From the NCBI GenBank assembly GCA_050953045.1, contig JBMNLY010000001.1:156534-220533 (forward strand): a stretch of DNA of 64,000 nt. Reading direction: 5' to 3'. Positions within the stretch are counted from its first letter, which is position 1; each line of letters begins with the position of its first letter. A program made the translations under genes and the position numbers. Source of the DNA: Bacilli bacterium. Its GTDB lineage: Bacteria; Bacillota_I; Bacilli_A; ML615J-28; CAG-698. Positions 20,203 to 30,242 of this stretch are shown in pieces. The notes beneath the pieces were generated by a model. That model was not told where the DNA came from, did no database searches, and saw only the letters and a program-made list of their open reading frames with translations.

Positions 20203-21249
20203 TTATAAAATTTCGCTATAGGCGAGGATAAACGGAGCGACGCCTTTTACTTCATCGCTTTTTATTTTTTCTGATAAATAATAAGCAATCGAACCGTCGC
20301 GTCTTTCGTTGTCAAGACCGGCAACTTCGCAAATACCGCCTAAGTGATAACCATTTTCATCTTGATAGAAATAACGCTTTATTGTTGCATTAAATATTTC
20401 ATTGCCTTTCTCAAAATATTCTTTCTCAAGTAAGCCTAAACGAGCTCCTTTTAAATAGGCATAGCATAACATCATAGTTCCGCTTGTTTCATGGTAATTA
20501 CCTTCAACATCGGGGCGGTCAATGATTTGTAACCACATACCGTCCTGTTTGTATTGATCGATGCCTTTTACTAATTCCTGAAACATTTTTAATATATTCG
20601 CATCCGCTCTAAGGATTAGCATCTCAAGTAAAGCCATAGCCAGCCAGCCAACCGAGCGCGACCAAACAATTGGACTTTTACCTGTTTCCTTATCTGCCCA
20701 TTGCATGACTTTTTGTTCGTCATAAGCGTGTAAATATAATTCTTTTTCTTCATCAAAGAGATATTTTCTAACATTCGCAAGCTGGTTGTCAATGTCGGCT
20801 AAGATTTCTTCTTGTTTGTTTTTAAGTGCAAATTTTGTTAAGAAGACCTGGCCCATATAAATCCCGTCCAGCCAAACTTGATAGGGATAGCGTTTTTTAT
20901 GCCAGAAATTCCCTTCCTTAGTTCGAGGATGATGTTTTAACTGTTCAAATAATTCAAGAATTGCATGGTGATATTTTTCTTTTTTTGTTTTTTCAAACAT
21001 ATCAAAAAGAGCAATACCGGGAGCGATATTATCAATATTATACTCGCTCTGTGTAAAACCTTTTATCTTTCCTTCTGAATCAATCATCTCATCATAGTAT
21101 TTTTCTACAAAATCAAAATAAGTTCGATTATTTGTTTTTTCGTATAAACAAAGTAAAGCATGCATTAAGATGCCGTCTTCATAGCACCAAGTGCCGCTTT
21201 TATAGGGACGGAAACTATCCATGTATTGTTTGATATAGGTTTTAATCAT
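20203..21249 (-). CDS. glycoside hydrolase family 88/105 (unsaturated glucuronyl/rhamnogalacturonyl hydrolase, YteR-like)
   Basis: 348 aa, SRSVGWLAMAL and ETSGTMMLCYAYLKGARLG motifs typical of Glyco_hydro_88 fold. Confidence 0.7.
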   Translation of the reverse strand: MIKTYIKQYMDSFRPYKSGTWCYEDGILMHALLCLYEKTNNRTYFDFVEKYYDEMIDSEGKIKGFTQSEYNIDNIAPGIALFDMFEKTKKEKYHHAILELFEQLKHHPRTKEGNFWHKKRYPYQVWLDGIYMGQVFLTKFALKNKQEEILADIDNQLANVRKYLFDEEKELYLHAYDEQKVMQWADKETGKSPIVWSRSVGWLAMALLEMLILRADANILKMFQELVKGIDQYKQDGMWLQIIDRPDVEGNYHETSGTMMLCYAYLKGARLGLLEKEYFEKGNEIFNATIKRYFYQDENGYHLGGICEVAGLDNERRDGSIAYYLSEKIKSDEVKGVAPFILAYSEIL

Positions 21250-21770
21250 AACGGATACCTTTCTTTCACTTTAGCTTTAAATCTTAAATATAAATCATTA
21301 TCATAATCATCTTTTGGAATGAAATCTAAAAATTCGGGACCAAGATAGTCATAGGTTAAGGAAGCTAAGAGCAGAAGCGCTTTTTCTAAATCAAGTCCTT
21401 CCCTCAGCAAGTTCTTCATTACCTCAGAAAAATCAGTGCAGAGGCTCTGATATTCGTCATAAAGCATTTCATCCATCATTTGCAGAGCGAGAAAACCTGC
21501 TTGTCCATAAGCTAAGGAATTTTCCTTTTTTGCTTTAAACTCATTTAAAAGCCGATGAAGGTTTTCCATTTTTTGAAAATGGCGGTCATAACCGATTAAG
21601 AAAGGATATTTGATGATACTTCGAGATTCTAAGAGAATGGGATAAAATTCAACTAAGGATTGTTTCAACTCACTTTTTGGTTCTTTTTCATATTTCTTCA
21701 ACATCATAAAAGCGCAGGGAGGAAGGTCTTTACCCAAACAAAAATCAAGATATTTATGGAAGATATTCAT
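21246..21770 (-). CDS. hypothetical protein (174 aa), translationally coupled to neighbours
   Basis: ORF overlaps upstream stop and downstream start by 4 nt. Confidence 0.45.
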   Translation of the reverse strand: MNIFHKYLDFCLGKDLPPCAFMMLKKYEKEPKSELKQSLVEFYPILLESRSIIKYPFLIGYDRHFQKMENLHRLLNEFKAKKENSLAYGQAGFLALQMMDEMLYDEYQSLCTDFSEVMKNLLREGLDLEKALLLLASLTYDYLGPEFLDFIPKDDYDNDLYLRFKAKVKERYPL

Positions 21771-22597
21771 ATATTAGCCTCCAATTCTTTGACATATTCA
21801 CGGCTAGTTTTAATATCATCACCGGTAACACCTTCAAAAACTAAAACGGCATCAGGAATATTTTCTTTGATTGTCCTAATCAGATAGGGATAATCCATCA
21901 AGCCTTGGCCGAGTCCCACTTGTTTTAATGTTCCTTCCGAAACAATAAAATCTTTCAAGTGAATGACGGTGATCTTATCTTTTAAAAGTTCAATTGCGGT
22001 CTTAAAAATCTCCCGTTGGTTTTGGTAATTATTGATATTCAAGTAATTATATAAATCAATAATTACGCGAAGGTTTTGGGAGGGAATCTCATCGACCAAA
22101 CGTTTTAAGAGTTCAGGATTATAAATTAAATGGTTATAGGCCCCTTCAATTAATACACAGGCATCCACCATTTCCGCATAACCCACCAAATCACGGATGA
22201 TTTCCCGAACTTCCAAATAGGATTCTTCGAGATGATTGCGGGGATGATAAGTCCAGGGTGAATCCTGGTAGGAACCGGTTTCGGTTCCGACATAGGGAGT
22301 ACCAAAGAATTTTGAAAATTCTAAATGTTTTTTAAAGCGAGCAATATTATTGTTTCGAAATACGAGATCGCTATGGACGGGGTTGAAATAAGAACCGAGC
22401 AAAGCAATTTTTACTTTTTGTTTTTGAAAAGGTTCCAGCAGTTTTTCAATATTGAAAGGACTTAATTCTTCAATATTGATTCCGAAAGCTTTATTAAGCA
22501 CTAACTGTAAATAATCGAACTCAAAATGGCGGGCTAGAGCCGCTAGTTCTTCAGAAGTATTTACCTTTAAATCGTGAGCACGAATTCCTATTTTCAT
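21767..22597 (-). CDS. sugar phosphate isomerase/epimerase (xylose isomerase-like TIM barrel)
   Basis: 276 aa, MKIGIRAHDL... TIM-barrel AP-endonuclease/xylose-isomerase-like pattern. Confidence 0.6.
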   Translation of the reverse strand: MKIGIRAHDLKVNTSEELAALARHFEFDYLQLVLNKAFGINIEELSPFNIEKLLEPFQKQKVKIALLGSYFNPVHSDLVFRNNNIARFKKHLEFSKFFGTPYVGTETGSYQDSPWTYHPRNHLEESYLEVREIIRDLVGYAEMVDACVLIEGAYNHLIYNPELLKRLVDEIPSQNLRVIIDLYNYLNINNYQNQREIFKTAIELLKDKITVIHLKDFIVSEGTLKQVGLGQGLMDYPYLIRTIKENIPDAVLVFEGVTGDDIKTSREYVKELEANI

Positions 22598-22794
22598 TAT
22601 ACCTCCTCATAAATTTGCATCTTTTTTCAAAACATGTTATAATTTGAGAGTAAAGGGTTTTTCTTTCTCTATATTTGGAAATGGCTATTTATACCTATTA
22701 TATCAAATTTAGGTTTGATAGTAAATCCCATTTCAAGCTTGGGTTGATAATTTTCCGAAAATCGACTTTTTTTCCGAGAAAAACAAGAAATTGC

Positions 22795-22823
22795 TTTACA
22801 TTTAATCATATCTATGTTATAAT
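22795..22823 (+). promoter_or_regulatory. promoter for rpsU (TTTACA -17- TGtTATAAT)
   Basis: consensus spacing, extended -10. Confidence 0.5.
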
Positions 22824-22864
22824 ACTTGAGTAAATTACGTGGTGGAAGGAGGGACGAAGAAGAA

Positions 22865-23050
22865 ATGCCAAAAACCGTAGTTCGCGAAAATGAAACAATT
22901 GAAGAAGCTCTTAAACGTTTTAAAAGAGATGTATCTAGAAACGGCGTCCTTGCAGAAGCACGTAAGAGAGAGCACTATCTGAAACCGAGCGACATTAAAA
23001 AAATGAAAAAGCGCGCAGCAAGAAAGCACGCTTATCGTCGTTCGCGCTAA
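22865..23050 (+). CDS. rpsU: 30S ribosomal protein S21
   Basis: [21 protein letters not shown]...; RBS GGTGGAAGGAGGG; ORF list start 22826 is upstream in-frame extension. Confidence 0.9.
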   Translation: MPKTVVRENETIEEALKRFKRDVSRNGVLAEARKREHYLKPSDIKKMKKRAARKHAYRRSR

Positions 23051-23062
23051 GTGAAATAAAGA

Positions 23063-23090
23063 GAACTTGATGATATTAAGTTCTTTTTTT
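23063..23090 (+). terminator. rho-independent terminator after rpsU
   Basis: GAACTTGATGATATTAAGTTC + TTTTTTT. Confidence 0.6.
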
Positions 23091-23133
23091 CATTTGATTA
23101 TTTTATTTGCTCTTTTTTCATATAATTCTTTAG

Positions 23134-23349
23134 GTGATGTATATGAGAAAAGGATCGGATCTTAAATTGACGATTTACCACAATGAACGGATCGTGATTG
23201 AAAATTACACTCAGCTTCTTGATTTAAATGAGGAATTGATTAGGGTCGATTTTTATACGATTGTCGGAAAATTTTTAAAATTAACTCAGATGGACAGTTA
23301 CATGATTGAAGTGCTTGGCTCCATCCACCAGGTGTTAATCGAAGGTTAA
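23134..23349 (+). CDS. yqfC: sporulation protein YqfC (YabP family)
   Basis: 71 aa; YabP-like pattern; B. subtilis order rpsU...yqfC-yqfD-phoH. Confidence 0.6.
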   Translation: MMYMRKGSDLKLTIYHNERIVIENYTQLLDLNEELIRVDFYTIVGKFLKLTQMDSYMIEVLGSIHQVLIEG

Positions 23350-23350
23350 A

Positions 23351-24445
23351 ATGAAAAAATATGCCGTTTCGACCGCAAAATCCAATCTGATCCATCTTAA
23401 CCGCTTTCGAATTAAAAACCTGAGAGTAGTGGAAGAAAAGCTGGAATTCATTACCGACAAACGGAATTTGGAAGAAATCTCAAAAATAATTCCTTTGGAA
23501 TATCTTGATTTAACAACATCCAAATTAAAAACTGTAGTCAAGAAACATTTAATTACGATCATTGGTACTTTAATAATCATTTTTGCTTTGATTATTCAAA
23601 GCAAATCAATCCGCGAAGTTATTTTTACTGACCCTGATACTTATAATCCGGAAGTTCTTTCCTATCTTGACAAATATTTCGATCGCTTTGGTCCTCTTGG
23701 CTTTCTAAAAGAAAACTTAACCACAATTAATACCGATCTCCGCAGTGAATTCTATCATTATGAATGGATTGGAATCAGAAGAAACGGCGCGACTCTTTAC
23801 ATTGACATTAGAGAGATAAAAAACGCTCCGATAGTGGAAGATAAAACCCCAGGTTCGATTTATGCGAAAGAATCGGGGATAGTGAAAAAGTATCATGTTG
23901 AAAGAGGTTTGGTGCTGGTACAAGAAGAAGTTTATGTTGAAAAGGGGACTCTTCTTATCAGCGGCGAACTGATTCATTTAGATAGCACTGTCGAAAATAT
24001 CCGTGCCAAAGGTTATGTGATTGCGGAAGTGTTGAGGTATCACGATTATACGATTCGGAAAGTAAAAGTCGAAACTGTTAGGACCGGAAGGATGGAAATC
24101 AAAAAAAATTATTATTTTTTTTCTAAGAAATTAAATAAACATAAAGTTAGTTTTCAGGAATATGAATCTGAAACTGGCGAATTAAAAACACTTGGTCTTA
24201 TAAAAATTGAGAAGGAATACTTCTATGAAATCAAAGAAGTCAAGACAGTTTATTCTGAAGAAGAAGCTATTGCTTATGCGAAATCGCAAGTTGTAAAAGC
24301 GTTTCGGAAAAACAAAGTCAGTCCACTTGAAAAAATAATCTATAATAAATTGGTAAAAATAGAATTTGACGGCACCTATTATCGCGTCAGATTGATTGTA
24401 AAAACATATCAGAATATAGCTGAATTTATTCCGCTGATAAACTAG
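23351..24445 (+). CDS. yqfD: sporulation protein YqfD (stage IV-like, single TM)
   Basis: 364 aa, TM LITIIGTLIIIFALII; synteny. Confidence 0.6.
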   Translation: MKKYAVSTAKSNLIHLNRFRIKNLRVVEEKLEFITDKRNLEEISKIIPLEYLDLTTSKLKTVVKKHLITIIGTLIIIFALIIQSKSIREVIFTDPDTYNPEVLSYLDKYFDRFGPLGFLKENLTTINTDLRSEFYHYEWIGIRRNGATLYIDIREIKNAPIVEDKTPGSIYAKESGIVKKYHVERGLVLVQEEVYVEKGTLLISGELIHLDSTVENIRAKGYVIAEVLRYHDYTIRKVKVETVRTGRMEIKKNYYFFSKKLNKHKVSFQEYESETGELKTLGLIKIEKEYFYEIKEVKTVYSEEEAIAYAKSQVVKAFRKNKVSPLEKIIYNKLVKIEFDGTYYRVRLIVKTYQNIAEFIPLIN

Positions 24446-24497
24446 ATGACATATATTTTTTGCTGTGATATAATAATAAAGAGGATGGTAATTATTA

Positions 24498-25454
24498 GTG
24501 AGTTTTAAAAGTATTTATCGTTTAAGAAATGCTCTGAACGAAGCAAAAATTGCAGGCCCGAATAATAAATATCTCTATTTGATAGAAGATTATTTTCAAG
24601 AAGAAATATTATTGCGACTTGCGGAAATTAAAATTAGAGAAGATTCCAAAAATGAAAAGCTCCTGACTGAATTATTTTCGATGCTTGAATTTATTTTAGA
24701 GCATAATAATCTTACAGAAATTGATTTAGTCACAATCTTGAATAACTTTAACGGCGATAATGGGGAAGAAATTATTGACCTTTATTTGAATAGAAACATT
24801 CTGATAACTACCGCTTCCGGTAAAACCATTTATCCGAAAACGGTCAACCAAAAATATTATTTGAATTCTTTGGAAAAGAATGATGTTATCTTTGCAGTTG
24901 GTCCTGCTGGTACCGGCAAAACTTACCTAGGTGTCCTTTATGCTGTAAGCAAACTAAAAGCGGGAGAAATCAGAAAAATTGTTTTGGTTCGTCCGGTTGT
25001 TGAAGCGGGCGAAAAATTGGGTTATCTTCCGGGCGACCTAAAAGAAAAAATCGATCCTTACTTGGTTCCATTATACGATAGTTTAAACGAAGCTTTGGGC
25101 AAAGAAAATGTCGATAGGATGATTGAAAAAGGTATCGTTGAAATTGCGCCCCTAGCTTATATGCGCGGACGCACCATCGATGGAGCAATTATTATATTAG
25201 ACGAAGCCCAAAATAGTTCGCAAATACAAATGAAGATGTTTTTAACTAGACTTGGATACGGATCGAAAATGATTATTACCGGAGACATTACCCAAATTGA
25301 TTTACCGAATCGAAGTTCTTCAGGCTTGATTCAAGCCTTGAATATTCTCGATAATATTAAAAATATCCAAATCTGCCATTTTACACGCAATGATGTCATG
25401 CGTCATCCTTTGGTTCAAAAAATCATAGAAAGATATGAAAACTATGGTGATTAA
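24498..25454 (+). CDS. phoH: PhoH-like ATPase
   Basis: Walker A GPAGTGKTYL; synteny. Confidence 0.85.
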   Translation: MSFKSIYRLRNALNEAKIAGPNNKYLYLIEDYFQEEILLRLAEIKIREDSKNEKLLTELFSMLEFILEHNNLTEIDLVTILNNFNGDNGEEIIDLYLNRNILITTASGKTIYPKTVNQKYYLNSLEKNDVIFAVGPAGTGKTYLGVLYAVSKLKAGEIRKIVLVRPVVEAGEKLGYLPGDLKEKIDPYLVPLYDSLNEALGKENVDRMIEKGIVEIAPLAYMRGRTIDGAIIILDEAQNSSQIQMKMFLTRLGYGSKMIITGDITQIDLPNRSSSGLIQALNILDNIKNIQICHFTRNDVMRHPLVQKIIERYENYGD

Positions 25455-25857
25455 TCTCTTCAATAATTACGGAGATCTTGACTTTGATTTTAATAAAATC
25501 ATTACCGCTACTGAAAACTATTTTAAAGGCGATGAAGAAGTTAGTTTAATCTTGGTAAATGAAGAAGAAATCCGGCGCTTAAATCGTGACTATCGAAAAA
25601 TAGATCGGGCAACAGATGTTATTTCTTTTCCGGATGCGGAAGATAATTATCGTGGCGATATATTTATCTGTATCGAAAAAGTTAACGAGCAAGCAAAAGA
25701 ATATGGTCATAGCCGGGAACGCGAATTTGCCTTCTTATTGGTCCATGGCCTCTTACATCTTCAAGGATTTGATCACATGAATCCAGAAGATGAAAAAGTA
25801 ATGATTCAAAAACAAGAAGAAATCTTAACAGCTTTAGGTTATCGGAGGACAAAATGA
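25435..25857 (+). CDS. ybeY: rRNA maturation endoribonuclease YbeY
   Basis: HGLLHLQGFDH metal-binding motif. Confidence 0.85.
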   Translation: MKTMVINLFNNYGDLDFDFNKIITATENYFKGDEEVSLILVNEEEIRRLNRDYRKIDRATDVISFPDAEDNYRGDIFICIEKVNEQAKEYGHSREREFAFLLVHGLLHLQGFDHMNPEDEKVMIQKQEEILTALGYRRTK

Positions 25858-26270
25858 ATACTAACGAGAAACTATATGAAAAGGTAATAATTGCCTATCA
25901 GAATGCTTATACACCTTACTCAAAATTTAATGTCGGGGCCGCTCTATTAATGAAAGACGGTTCCATCATTACCGGTAGCAACATTGAAAATGCCTCTTAC
26001 GGACTTTCGAATTGTGCAGAAAGATCGGCACTTTTTGCTGCCTATTCCCAAGGTTATCGAAAAGAAGATATTGTAAAAATGATGGTTATCGGTGCTACGG
26101 ATAGACCGATTTCGCCTTGCGGTGCTTGCCGTCAAGTGATGAGTGAATTAATTGATGCGGAAGTTGAAGTGGTTCTTACCAATTTAAATAAGGATTTTAA
26201 AAGCTTAAAGGTAAAAGATTTATTACCTTATAGCTTTTCGGACGGAGACTTACATGGAAAAGGATTTTAA
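25854..26270 (+). CDS. cdd: cytidine deaminase
   Basis: CAERSALF and PCGACRQ zinc motifs. Confidence 0.85.
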   Translation: MNTNEKLYEKVIIAYQNAYTPYSKFNVGAALLMKDGSIITGSNIENASYGLSNCAERSALFAAYSQGYRKEDIVKMMVIGATDRPISPCGACRQVMSELIDAEVEVVLTNLNKDFKSLKVKDLLPYSFSDGDLHGKGF

Positions 26271-27162
26271 ATCAGGTTTTGTAGCAATAATCGGCCGTCC
26301 TAATGTCGGCAAATCAACCTTTTTAAATTATGTTTTAGGCGAAAAGATTTCAATCATCAGCCAAAAACCGCAAACAACACGCAATCGAATTCAAGGTATA
26401 TATACTAGCGAAAGCGAACAAATTATCTTTATTGATACCCCTGGAATCCATAAACCCTTGCATGGGCTTGGAGAATTTATGAATAAGGAAGCTTTTGTAA
26501 CACTTAGAGATGTTGAGATTATTCTCTATCTCGTTTCCGCAAACCTTCCCTTTGGCCGCGGTGATGAGTTTGTTATTTCGCTCCTAAAAAAAGTTGATAC
26601 ACCGGTGTTTTTAGTTTTCAATAAAATCGATCTTATCCAAGATAAAGGCGCCTTAATGGAAAATGTCGTGAAGTTTACCGAAAGCTTTGATTTTTCCGAA
26701 GTTTTTTATATTAGTGCTTTAACCGGTGAAAACACTGAAAAAGTGATGAACGGTATTATTTCTTATTTAGAACCGGGGCCGATGTATTATCCGAAAAACC
26801 AAAAAAGCAATTATCCGGAAAAGTTTATTGTTGGAGAAATTATCCGAGAAAAAGTCTTAACCTTAACTGCAGAAGAAGTACCGCATTCGGTAGCGGTGGT
26901 GATAGAAGCGATGGAAGCTGATGATGAAAATCCTGAACTTTTGAATATCCGAGCTGTAATTTATGTAGAACGTCCATCCCAGAAGAAGATTATTATTGGT
27001 TCCGGCGGAAAAATGATTAAAAAGATTGGGACTTTAGCTCGGCAAGAAATAGTTATGCTGCTTGGTCAAAAGGTCTTTCTTGACTTATGGGTAAAGGTTG
27101 AAAAGGACTGGCGGAACAAACAAAATGTCTTAAGGAGACTCGGTTATATAGCTGAAATTTAA
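26254..27162 (+). CDS. era: GTPase Era
   Basis: GRPNVGKSTFLN, DTPG, KH domain C-term. Confidence 0.9.
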   Translation: MEKDFKSGFVAIIGRPNVGKSTFLNYVLGEKISIISQKPQTTRNRIQGIYTSESEQIIFIDTPGIHKPLHGLGEFMNKEAFVTLRDVEIILYLVSANLPFGRGDEFVISLLKKVDTPVFLVFNKIDLIQDKGALMENVVKFTESFDFSEVFYISALTGENTEKVMNGIISYLEPGPMYYPKNQKSNYPEKFIVGEIIREKVLTLTAEEVPHSVAVVIEAMEADDENPELLNIRAVIYVERPSQKKIIIGSGGKMIKKIGTLARQEIVMLLGQKVFLDLWVKVEKDWRNKQNVLRRLGYIAEI

Positions 27163-27221
27163 TTATTATTTTTGTATAAATGTATAAATTTTTGTCAAGA
27201 TATTATTAAAGGAGGAATAAT

Positions 27222-27371
27222 ATGATTGACAAAAATTTAAAGAAATTCATCGAAACTGGAAAAGTTAAGGATTACCTTAATTACAAAAAACATCAACGTG
27301 AAAAAACGGAAATAGCAAAAGAGCTAGTGAACGGAGTGAAAAATGCAACTAAGAGAGGGGATAATAGTTAA
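27222..27371 (+). CDS. yqzL: YqzL-family small protein (49 aa), not in ORF track
   Basis: RBS AAAGGAGG 8 nt upstream; ..FIETGKVKDYLNYK.. pattern; sits between era and recO as in B. subtilis; overlaps recO start by 29 nt. Confidence 0.45.
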   Translation: MIDKNLKKFIETGKVKDYLNYKKHQREKTEIAKELVNGVKNATKRGDNS

Positions 27372-28086
27372 ATCCCAAAAATACCAAGAAAATTCAAAAA
27401 TTATTACCCTGGTCAATACCGAAGGCCTCGCCACATTTTTGGTACGCGGAGCCGGACTTCATAAAAGCCGGAATTTCAGTTATTCCCAAGCTTTAACAAA
27501 AATCGGCTATGATTATCATGAAGGGCGTAATTCTTTTAATATCCTAACAACCGGCAAAGTTATTGAAAGTTACGCCGGAATTAAATCCGATTTAAACAAA
27601 ATGAATGACGCTTTACTAATCATTGAAGCGACCAACCAACTTGGTATTCATCTTTCCGATTTTCCTACTTTCTATCAGTTTTTAGATGAAATTTTGTTTC
27701 TCCTCAATCAAAACCCCTATCATCCCTATTATTTGTTAATCTTTAGGGCCAAACTTTTATACTTGCTCGGTATTGGCCCAATCTTTTCCAAATGTGTGGA
27801 TTGTGGAAGCAGGGAACATCTGGTTGGTTTTGATTTTCTTAAAGGGGGAATGAAATGCAGTGAATGTAATTTTGATTCTACCATTTATCATAATCAAGAA
27901 GTAATTCAACTTCTGAGATTGCTTTATCTCATAAAACTAGAAAACTTGAATTACGAAGTTCTAAGTGAGCTTCCGGATTTATATCCCGAAGCAGCCAAGT
28001 TTTTGGATCGTTATTACGAACATTTCCTTGGTTATCAAAGCCGAGCTTCGAAAATTATTAAAAAGATGAAAACATCTGAGAATTGA
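27343..28086 (+). CDS. recO: DNA repair protein RecO
   Basis: N-term MQLREGIIVKSQKYQENSKIITL and C4 zinc finger CVDCGS...CSEC. Confidence 0.85.
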   Translation: MQLREGIIVKSQKYQENSKIITLVNTEGLATFLVRGAGLHKSRNFSYSQALTKIGYDYHEGRNSFNILTTGKVIESYAGIKSDLNKMNDALLIIEATNQLGIHLSDFPTFYQFLDEILFLLNQNPYHPYYLLIFRAKLLYLLGIGPIFSKCVDCGSREHLVGFDFLKGGMKCSECNFDSTIYHNQEVIQLLRLLYLIKLENLNYEVLSELPDLYPEAAKFLDRYYEHFLGYQSRASKIIKKMKTSEN

Positions 28087-28113
28087 TTGGGTTGCCGTCA
28101 ATTCTCTTTTTTT
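28078..28113 (+). terminator. rho-independent terminator after recO
   Basis: GAGAATTGATTGGGTTGCCGTCAATTCTC + TTTTTTT. Confidence 0.6.
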
Positions 28114-28152
28114 AAACAAGATATGAAAATGATATCATTTCAAAAAGGCTAT

Positions 28153-28180
28153 TCACAATTTCCAAGTTTTATGTTATAAT
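28153..28180 (+). promoter_or_regulatory. promoter for rnf operon (TTCACA -17- TGtTATAAT)
   Basis: spacing and extended -10; RBS AAAGGAGG before GTG 28219. Confidence 0.45.
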
Positions 28181-28218
28181 ACAAATGTTTGAAAGCATCG
28201 TAACAAAGGAGGTAAACT

Positions 28219-29517
28219 GTGTTTATTAAGAGTAAAGGAACACATATTTCGGAACACAAAGGCCATAAGGAACTCTCTTCAACAGCACCGGTCTTTGAAT
28301 ATTTAAAACCGGAATATGTCTATATTCCTTTAGTAGAATCCAATGCACCCTGCGAAGCATTAGTTAAAGTCGGAGACACCGTCAAAATAGGACAAGTTGT
28401 TGCAAAAAAGACAGGCCGTTTCCCGATTAATTTGCATGCATCGGTTAGCGGTGAGGTTGTTTCCATTAATCAAAGAATGTGGCATTGTTCGGGAAAAATG
28501 GTTCCGACAATTCAAATTAAAAACGATTATAAGGAAACAAAAGTTGAGACAAAGCCTAATGATGTCGATTCTTTAACTAAAGAAGAAATAATCGAAATCA
28601 TCAAGGATTGCGGCATTGTCGGTCTTGGGGGCGGAAGTTTTCCGGCTTATGCGAAATATCAAACAGATCACAAAATTGATTATGTGATTTTGAATGCGGC
28701 TGAATGTGAACCTTATCTTACTGCTGATTATACATTGCTTAATCATAATTTAGATACGGTTTTGCGTGGATTAAGATATATCATGAAAGCCGTTTCTTCA
28801 GAACGTGGCGTTATCGCCATCAAAGCAAACAAAAAAGCTTTAATTGAAAAAATCAGGCTGGCGATAGCCGATCAAAATGATTTGAGTTTGTTTCTTTTGA
28901 AAGACGTTTACCCCGCAGGTTGGGAGAAATATATAGTTCAAAGAGTAACTAAAAAGGATTATCACGGACTTCCGAGCGAAGCTGGAGCCGTTGTCAACAA
29001 TGTCGGCACAGCGCATGCGGTTTGCCGCGCAGTCGAAGAAAATCAACCGCTTGTTGATAAAATCCTTACTATTACCGGCGAAGGTATTAAAAATCCCCAA
29101 AATGTTCATGTAAAAGTAGGAACAAATTTGAAAGAAGTTATTCAAGTCATCGGCGGTTATCAACCTGATTTAGGCGACGCTTATCTGATAGCCGGCGGTC
29201 CGATGACAGGAAAATCTGTTGTCTTTGATAACCTGATTGCGAATCGTGCTTTAACAAGTGTTGTTGTAATGCCGAAAGACATTCGCGAAGTCAATCCTGA
29301 ATGTATGGGTTGTGGAAAATGTAGCGATGTCTGCCCGGTCTTCCTGTCTCCGATTGTCATCAGAGATACACTGAAAGATAATGAAGTTGAAAAACTCGTC
29401 GAACTAAGACCGGAACTTTGTATGCAATGTGGATTATGCTCATATATCTGCCCGTCAAGAATCGAACTAACGGATGCAGTAGTCAGAGCTAAAAATAGAG
29501 TGTTGACAAGAAGGTGA
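28219..29517 (+). CDS. rnfC: Rnf complex subunit C (NADH/FMN-binding, two [4Fe-4S])
   Basis: CMGCGKCSDVCP and CMQCGLCSYICP; SLBB/NADH-binding core; GTG start. Confidence 0.85.
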   Translation: MFIKSKGTHISEHKGHKELSSTAPVFEYLKPEYVYIPLVESNAPCEALVKVGDTVKIGQVVAKKTGRFPINLHASVSGEVVSINQRMWHCSGKMVPTIQIKNDYKETKVETKPNDVDSLTKEEIIEIIKDCGIVGLGGGSFPAYAKYQTDHKIDYVILNAAECEPYLTADYTLLNHNLDTVLRGLRYIMKAVSSERGVIAIKANKKALIEKIRLAIADQNDLSLFLLKDVYPAGWEKYIVQRVTKKDYHGLPSEAGAVVNNVGTAHAVCRAVEENQPLVDKILTITGEGIKNPQNVHVKVGTNLKEVIQVIGGYQPDLGDAYLIAGGPMTGKSVVFDNLIANRALTSVVVMPKDIREVNPECMGCGKCSDVCPVFLSPIVIRDTLKDNEVEKLVELRPELCMQCGLCSYICPSRIELTDAVVRAKNRVLTRR

Positions 29518-30242
29518 GACATATGAGTGAAAATAAAAAATTTATCTTAAGCAAAGAACCTTTTATTAGAAAAGCCGACCATAACGAAAATACAACGGTG
29601 ATGATGCGCGATTTTATGATCGCCTTGTTTCCTTTGATTATTTTTGCTTGGGTTAAAAACGGCTTAATTCCATATCTTAACGATGCAACAAATTTCTTCG
29701 GAATGCTTTATCCGCTCCTTTTAGTTTTAGTGGGCGGCCTTTCCGCATTTCTGTTTGAATTTTTATGGTATAAATTTCTTATCAAAAAAGAAGATGTGAA
29801 GATTAGCTTATCTAAGAGCTATCCTTTGATACCGGGAATTCTCCTTGGGATGATCGTTCCCTTAGCAACGCCGTTATGGTTGGTTGTTATCGGTGTCTTC
29901 TTTGCGACGGTAATCGGAAAACTGCTCTTTGGCGGCTTTGGAAACAATATCTTTAACCCCGCCCTTATTGGTTATCTTTTCTTAACTTACGCTTATTTTA
30001 ATGTCATTACCGGAGACAATGCTTTAATCAATGCAAGTGGCTTTTTTAATGCGAAAGAAGTTGCTGATGCTATAACTACTGCCACTCCGATGACTATTTT
30101 CGCAAACGATCGTGCCGGTGCTGTTAACCAAATCCTTAGAAAACTACACTCTTTGGGATATGTTCCTTGGAATGAAACCGGGTTCGCTTGCGGAAACAAG
30201 TGTCTTACTCTGCTTAATTTCCTTAGTATATCTAATTGTTAG
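29514..30242 (+). CDS. rnfD: Rnf subunit D, N-terminal two thirds (frame interrupted around 30112-30142)
   Basis: MRDFMIALFPLIIF..., NqrB/RnfD family; reading frame ends in non-homologous tail while homology continues in +1 frame ORF 30112..31734. Confidence 0.75.
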   Translation: MRHMSENKKFILSKEPFIRKADHNENTTVMMRDFMIALFPLIIFAWVKNGLIPYLNDATNFFGMLYPLLLVLVGGLSAFLFEFLWYKFLIKKEDVKISLSKSYPLIPGILLGMIVPLATPLWLVVIGVFFATVIGKLLFGGFGNNIFNPALIGYLFLTYAYFNVITGDNALINASGFFNAKEVADAITTATPMTIFANDRAGAVNQILRKLHSLGYVPWNETGFACGNKCLTLLNFLSISNC

